DNA of 64,000 bases from Dehalococcoidia bacterium. GTDB lineage: Bacteria; Chloroflexota; Dehalococcoidia; DSTF01; RBG-16-68-14. Of the stretch, positions 59,325 through 64,000 are shown piece by piece (position 1 is the first letter of the stretch; every line of letters starts with the position of its first letter). Under the pieces are notes generated by a model that was given only the letters and a program-made list of their open reading frames with translations, was not told where the DNA came from and searched no databases. The translations under genes were made by a program, and so were the position numbers. The DNA lies in the NCBI GenBank assembly GCA_040882355.1, contig JBBEBM010000054.1, forward strand, positions 1 to 64,000, read 5' to 3'.

Positions 59325-60452
59325 CTAGGCTAGCTTCGCCTTGTGGTTTCGGGTAGCTCTCCGCCAGAGCGCCCGTAGCTTGTCGGAGCGGCGCCCCATC
59401 AGTAGCAGCGAGGGCAGGGCGCCACGCAGCCCCTCCGCCGGCGCGAACTGGACCGCGCGCCGCCAGCGACCTCTTCGCTCATCGGCCTCGATGACATCCT
59501 GCTCTCGCCAGAGCAGCCGGTGCAGCCGGCTCACACGAGCCAGGGCGGCTGCTTCGCCGGGCAGCGGCGTGCCGAGCAGCCGCTGGAGCAGCCAGAGGGT
59601 GTGCTGGAGTGAGGCACCCACCCCCTCAGCGCGCGCCGTCTCATCGAGCCAGCGCCAGTCGAGTTGATCGCCGGCACGTCGGACGATCAGGTCCAGGTCC
59701 TTGAACCAGATCAGCCGCTCGAAGCCGTGCCGGTGCAGGTGCACGGCGAGCGCGAGGAACAGGTCGTTCAGTCCCGGCCGGCGCGCGCGCCCGCGCTGGA
59801 ACGTCCACGCCTCGCTCCGCTGCCAGAGCCCGTCCAGCTCGCGCGGCCGCAGGCCGACCTGGAGGTGATCGTAATGCACGTCCAGCGACAGTCCTGTCCT
59901 CGTATGCACGTAGGCCGTCTCGAACGGCGTCTCGCAGGTGCCATGCTGTGCGGCGTGCGTGCCACCGTGATCTTCGGCGACCGCATACCCGAGCCGGCCG
60001 CAGAGCGCCGCGACGCGTTCGCTTGCTTCGAGCGGAACCAGCAGATCGATGTCCCGGTAAGGGCGCAGGCCGGGGTCCGGGTAGAACTGCTCAGCGATCA
60101 CGGGACCCTTGAGCACCGCGACCGGCACGCCTTCGGCCTCAAGCCCGAGCAACGCTTCCTCCATCGCCTGCGCCAGCGCGAGCGCGGCGATGGTCGACGC
60201 CCCAGCTTGCGTTCGCAGCGCGTCCACAGCGCTCTCTGGTACGAGACCGGCGATCTCCGGCGCGGAGACGACACGCAGCAACCACGGCCCGACGCCATGT
60301 CGGTGGGCAAGCGCCGCGACGGCGTCCCAGTCGCGTACTGCGAGCGCCGCGTCGATCACCGCAGGTGCTGCAGCGGGCGCATCGCCGCGAAGCGCGTCGA
60401 GGACGAAGGTGGCTTCCGCTGAACTAGCGCGTGCGTGAGAGGACGACGCCAT
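59325..60452 (-). CDS. Lasso-cluster-type nucleotidyltransferase (NTP_transf_5-like)
   Basis: A..HGV, VLKG....Y.DPGLRPY.DIDLLV, LDVH, H...H...RLIW..D. Confidence 0.88.
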   Translation of the reverse strand: MASSSHARASSAEATFVLDALRGDAPAAAPAVIDAALAVRDWDAVAALAHRHGVGPWLLRVVSAPEIAGLVPESAVDALRTQAGASTIAALALAQAMEEALLGLEAEGVPVAVLKGPVIAEQFYPDPGLRPYRDIDLLVPLEASERVAALCGRLGYAVAEDHGGTHAAQHGTCETPFETAYVHTRTGLSLDVHYDHLQVGLRPRELDGLWQRSEAWTFQRGRARRPGLNDLFLALAVHLHRHGFERLIWFKDLDLIVRRAGDQLDWRWLDETARAEGVGASLQHTLWLLQRLLGTPLPGEAAALARVSRLHRLLWREQDVIEADERRGRWRRAVQFAPAEGLRGALPSLLLMGRRSDKLRALWRRATRNHKAKLA

Positions 60453-60461
60453 GTGTGTTTC

Positions 60462-61265
60462 CTAGTAGTGGGCGAGCGATCCCGCCGCCTTCGCCTGGCG
60501 GACCGCCAGCTCGAACGCGACGAGGCTCAACGGCAAGAGTAACGAGAACCCGGCCAGCGCGGCGATGTGCGCGGCGATCGAGACGCCGGTCGCGCCTTCA
60601 AGCAGGGTCCCCCTCAGCGCTTCCATCGTGTGGGTGAGCGGCAGCAGCGGCGCAAGGCCCTGCAGCCAGGCAGGCAGCACCGTCGTCGGGTAGAGCACGC
60701 CGCTCACGAGCAGCGACAGCGTCGTCAGGCCGGCCGTGATCGGCTCCGGCTGCTTGAACCAGACGACGAACGCGGCAGCGAAAATGCCGATGCCGGCGAA
60801 CGTCGCTACTGTCAGCACAAACGCCAGGAGCGCGACGGGGGCGTCGTCCGCGTGGAGGTTGGCGCCGAGGAAGAGCGCACCGACGCTCAGGGCCACGACA
60901 AGGCGCAGCACGGCGTAGGCGAACCCGTACAGCGATGAGTAGCCAAGGAACGCCGGCAGCGACGTGCGGCTGCTCAGCATTACCTCCAACGTGCCGGTCA
61001 CCTGGGCGCTGCGCACGATGCCGGCGAACTGGCCGGCGACGACTTGCACGAACAGCGCGAACGCTACGCCCACGAGCGCAAAGCCGAAGTAGTCGCCGCC
61101 GTAGACCGCGAGGTCCTCCGGCGATCCCTGGTTGATCAGGTCCGAGATGAAGAGCATACTCACCAGCCCTAACAGCATGCCGACGAAGCCTTCGACAAAG
61201 CTCACGCGGTAGGTAACCGCAACCCGCAGATCGCGCAGGAAGAACGCGGAGGCTTTAGCGGGCAT
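60462..61265 (-). CDS. ABC-2 type transporter permease
   Basis: Six TM segments, GTLE, SGVLYP..LP.WL..LPLTH. Confidence 0.9.
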   Translation of the reverse strand: MPAKASAFFLRDLRVAVTYRVSFVEGFVGMLLGLVSMLFISDLINQGSPEDLAVYGGDYFGFALVGVAFALFVQVVAGQFAGIVRSAQVTGTLEVMLSSRTSLPAFLGYSSLYGFAYAVLRLVVALSVGALFLGANLHADDAPVALLAFVLTVATFAGIGIFAAAFVVWFKQPEPITAGLTTLSLLVSGVLYPTTVLPAWLQGLAPLLPLTHTMEALRGTLLEGATGVSIAAHIAALAGFSLLLPLSLVAFELAVRQAKAAGSLAHY

Positions 61266-62262
61266 GACCGTTCCCCTGCTGCAACAGTCGCGCCACTACC
61301 GCGGAGACGGGAGTTGCCTGGTTGAGCGCCCGCACCGTCGCCCCGCCCGCCGTGGTTACGGCGATCAGTTCCGAAAGCGCCAGGTCGCCGTTCTCGCACC
61401 ACACCTCGAGCTGCTGTTCGCCGTCGATCTGGCTCAGCGTCACATCACGCACGCCACGGATCGTCCGGAGGCGAGCCAGCTCGGCCGTGCGAAAGCCATC
61501 GAGCGTAATCGTCAGTCCGCGCAAGCCGTCGGCAGCGACGCGAAGCTCGCCCGGTCGCAGCTCGTTCTGGAGGCGGCCCTCCGCCATGATCGCGATCCTG
61601 TCACACACTGCCGCTGCCTCTTCCGCCTGGTGCGTGACAAGCAGCACCGTCATGCCCTCCTGCGCGACGAGGACGCCCCTGATCAGCGACCAGAGCTCGC
61701 GCGCATTCGCGGGGTCGACGCTGCGCGTCGGTTCGTCGAGCAGGAGCACCTTCGGGTGACGCAGCAGGGCGCGCACAAGGGACATGCGGTGCCGGATGCC
61801 GGCGGAGTAGAACGAGTAAGGCTGGTCCAGATAAGACGCGATGCCCAACCGCCCAGCGATCTCGTCGATCATGTGTCCGGCCGTCGCGCCGTGTATGTCA
61901 TTGAGTGCGGCGAAGAACTCCATGTTCTGGCGGCCGGTCAGGCGCCAGTAGAAGCTGCGGTCCTCGCCGAACGTGTAGGAAACCGCCGCGCGCGCCTCTC
62001 GCTCGTCCGCCACGACGTTGTAGCCCTGCACGAACGCCGTGCCGGCGTCCGGGCGCACCAACGTCGCGAGGACCTTGAGGAGGGTTGTCTTGCCGGCCCC
62101 GTTCGAACCGAGAATGCCGACAACCTCGCCCTGCTCGACGCGTAGGTCAAGCCCGTCGAGCACGCGCGTGCGCGGCCCGCTCAGCGGGTGCCGCAGCGTT
62201 GCGCGCAGGCCGCGGTGAGCCGGGTAGTCCTTGACCAGGCCACGCACGTCGATCGCGTTCAT
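61255..62262 (-). CDS. ABC transporter ATP-binding protein
   Basis: GSNGAGKTT, YSAG, LLLDEPT, TH. Confidence 0.95.
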   Translation of the reverse strand: MNAIDVRGLVKDYPAHRGLRATLRHPLSGPRTRVLDGLDLRVEQGEVVGILGSNGAGKTTLLKVLATLVRPDAGTAFVQGYNVVADEREARAAVSYTFGEDRSFYWRLTGRQNMEFFAALNDIHGATAGHMIDEIAGRLGIASYLDQPYSFYSAGIRHRMSLVRALLRHPKVLLLDEPTRSVDPANARELWSLIRGVLVAQEGMTVLLVTHQAEEAAAVCDRIAIMAEGRLQNELRPGELRVAADGLRGLTITLDGFRTAELARLRTIRGVRDVTLSQIDGEQQLEVWCENGDLALSELIAVTTAGGATVRALNQATPVSAVVARLLQQGNGHAR

Positions 62263-63236
62263 TCGGCCGGCTCTGCCGTCGTTATCGTGTCGACAACCTC
62301 GTTCAATCGCCCCAGATCACGCGGGCAGGCCAGCGCGTAGACCGGCGTCATCTCTGCGACCTTACGGAAGACTTCAAGCTGTTGCGCCAGCAGCTCCGGC
62401 TCCAGCGCCAGGAGTTGCGCCATGTAGCCATTTGCCAGGAGCGCCAGCAGCGCGTCGCGGCCGTGCAGTTGCCGGACGGCGACATGGCCTTCAGGCGTCA
62501 CCGGCACAAGGACGTAGAGTGCGCGCAGGGGCCGCGCCCCGTCGCACACTTCACCCAGTTCTGAGCCGGGCGCGACACGTTTGTCGAGCCACGAGGCGTG
62601 ACGCGGCAACTTTTCCCACGTCGAGCCATCGAACAGGTGCTGGAGCGCGTCTGGCCAGAGTTTCATGCTGGGGAAGCTGGGGCCGACTCTTGGCCCATCG
62701 TCGTTGAGTTCAAGCGCCAGCACGTCGTCGGTGAGGAGGGCGGCGCCTCGCGCCAGCAGCGCCGCCCCAAGCGTCGATTTGCCGTATCCGGAGGGCGCCA
62801 GCAGGCCAACGGCCCCGCCTTCGATCACGACCGCGCTGCCGTGAAGGCTGGTCTGCCCCTGCAACTGCAGGGCGAAGCCAAGCACCGGGCCGCTCACCGC
62901 CGCGGCGGCGTCAGAGAGCTTCGCTGCGTCCGCCGACCACTCGATGAGGCGTCCGTCACGCATGACGCTGAAGCGTCCGATCTCCGGATACACCCAGAGG
63001 TAGCGATCGCCCTGTCTTTCGACACGGTAGAAGACCGCGCCGTCCTCGTCGATAACTTCATGGACCGGGTCGCCGGCAGTCGACCGCCATTCCTCATGCT
63101 GCCGGCGCACCTTCAGGACCGGTGTTCCCGCGCTGATCGCGGGCAGCATGGGCAGCGGCAGGTCGCTCTCGAGCACCGTACCGTACGCCCGATACAGAAA
63201 GGTTGGTCTGGCGGCGATGGTTTGCGAACGCGTCAT
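62259..63236 (-). CDS. HPr-kinase-like lasso peptide kinase (PadeK/ThcoK type)
   Basis: LHGSAV, Walker A APSGYGKST, LTDD; lies directly after the precursors. Confidence 0.85.
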   Translation of the reverse strand: MTRSQTIAARPTFLYRAYGTVLESDLPLPMLPAISAGTPVLKVRRQHEEWRSTAGDPVHEVIDEDGAVFYRVERQGDRYLWVYPEIGRFSVMRDGRLIEWSADAAKLSDAAAAVSGPVLGFALQLQGQTSLHGSAVVIEGGAVGLLAPSGYGKSTLGAALLARGAALLTDDVLALELNDDGPRVGPSFPSMKLWPDALQHLFDGSTWEKLPRHASWLDKRVAPGSELGEVCDGARPLRALYVLVPVTPEGHVAVRQLHGRDALLALLANGYMAQLLALEPELLAQQLEVFRKVAEMTPVYALACPRDLGRLNEVVDTITTAEPAE

Positions 63237-63321
63237 GGCCTGTCCGAAGCCTCACCACGCCTCTGCTGGTCCGAAGGTGTGTCCCGCGGCCAGCATCGAG
63301 AGGCGGGAGTGCGAGGTTTAG

Positions 63322-63486
63322 CTAGTCCGCACCCCCACCGCTTAGGGAATGCAGAATGTCCTGGTTCTCGAAGAGCACCAGGCCGTCACCAGCGCCAAAG
63401 GTCTTGTTCTTGGCCATCTTGGTGATCGCCCGAATGTCGCCGTAGGGCAACAGTACGGGCTTCTCATACGCCTTGCGAATCCCCAT
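63322..63486 (-). CDS. Lasso-type precursor peptide A (54 aa)
   Basis: MGIRKAYEKPVLLPYGDIRAITK-MAKNKTFGAGDGLVLFENQDILHSLSGGGAD; YxxPxL/GxxxxxT-like leader; AAAGGAGG RBS. Confidence 0.85.
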   Translation of the reverse strand: MGIRKAYEKPVLLPYGDIRAITKMAKNKTFGAGDGLVLFENQDILHSLSGGGAD

Positions 63487-63618
63487 ACAGCCCCTCCTTT
63501 CCTTGCGCTTGGACGAGTCGGTCAGCGTCTTCTGACCGCGGGACACCTCAGCTAGCGTTCAGCCCCGCCGCTGGCGCAGATGTGTCCCGCGGCCAGCATC
63601 GAGAGGCGGGAATGCGGG

Positions 63619-63768
63619 TTAGCTGATCGTTTGCAGAATGTCCTGGTTCTCGAAGACTACCAGGCCGTCACCAGCGCCGAAGGTCTTGTTCTTCGGCATG
63701 GTGGTGATCGCCCGAATGTCGCCATAGGGCAACAGCACGGGCTTCTCGTACGTCTTGCGAATCCCCAT
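63619..63768 (-). CDS. Lasso-type precursor peptide B (49 aa), absent from the ORF track
   Basis: MGIRKTYEKPVLLPYGDIRAITTMPKNKTFGAGDGLVVFENQDILQTIS*; AAAGGAGG RBS; C-terminal Ser. Confidence 0.85.
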   Translation of the reverse strand: MGIRKTYEKPVLLPYGDIRAITTMPKNKTFGAGDGLVVFENQDILQTIS

Positions 63769-63915
63769 ACAGCCCCTCCTTTCCTCACGCTTGGACGAGT
63801 CGGTCAGCGTTCTGACCGCGGGACACCATAGTTGTCAACCCGACCGCGGGCGCGCCGGCGCCGAGCGCCACGCGCATGCCGCTGTGGCCTTTTCGCGGCG
63901 GGGGTCTCACATGCC

Positions 63916-64000
63916 TTAGGACAGACCAGTATCGCCTCCTCCGCTGGGTTGAGCCTCCCAGTGGAAGAAGATGAACAGGTCTCCGGGGCCCCAGTCCTTG
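63916..64000 (-). CDS. Probable third lasso precursor, 3' part (cut by the window edge)
   Basis: ...KDWGPGDLFIFFHWEAQPSGGGDTGLS* shares K-x-[FW]-G-x-G-D plus a hydrophobic run, and ends in Ser. Confidence 0.7.
   Translation of the reverse strand, partial: KDWGPGDLFIFFHWEAQPSGGGDTGLS

Larger units (their letters stand above)
63279..63827. repeat. Tandem duplication of the precursor cassette, each copy bracketed by 14-bp inverted repeats
   Basis: 63279-63547 matches 63582-63827; GTGTCCCGCGGCCA ... TGACCGCGGGACAC. Confidence 0.85.

Noticed and set aside
63322..63546. 74-aa version of precursor A from the ORF track
   Set aside because: A strong RBS and the paralog support the ATG at 63486
63279..63827. 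Repeat-spacer-like pattern as a CRISPR array
   Set aside because: Units are duplicated peptide genes; no cas genes in the window
1..64000. rRNA, tRNA, transposase, integrase or lasso cyclase genes
   Set aside because: None recognised by eye; a covariance-model/HMM scan would be needed to exclude them fully

Overview
High-GC window, probably from a Chloroflexota (Dehalococcoidia-like) genome or MAG; this is inferred from a flexitail-like domain and the intergenic repeats. There is one 10-N gap at 740-749. Most of the window is a ~60 kb surface-glycan/EPS supercluster. It encodes nucleotide-sugar enzymes (Ugd, UXS-like, epimerase, eukaryote-type UGM-like flavoprotein, SDR-DegT fusion, WecD-like GNAT), a priming transferase, ~11 GT2/GT4/GT26 enzymes, Wzx/Wzy/Wzz plus a degenerate BY-kinase, a Ppm1-GtrA fusion with three GT-C enzymes, three response regulators and a sensor-less kinase. 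Three large secreted proteins share an unrecognised ~125-aa two-Cys module. The right end holds a lasso-peptide-like RiPP locus: at least three tandem precursors (two missing from the ORF track), an HPr-type kinase, an ABC exporter and a nucleotidyltransferase. No cyclase, B1 or B2 lies in the window. A TCAAC-N6-TCAAC motif at a fixed 10 (or 21) nt from a TAnnnT-like hexamer precedes about ten transcription units and suggests a locus-wide OmpR/PhoB-type regulon. All calls come from reading motifs by eye; no searches were run.
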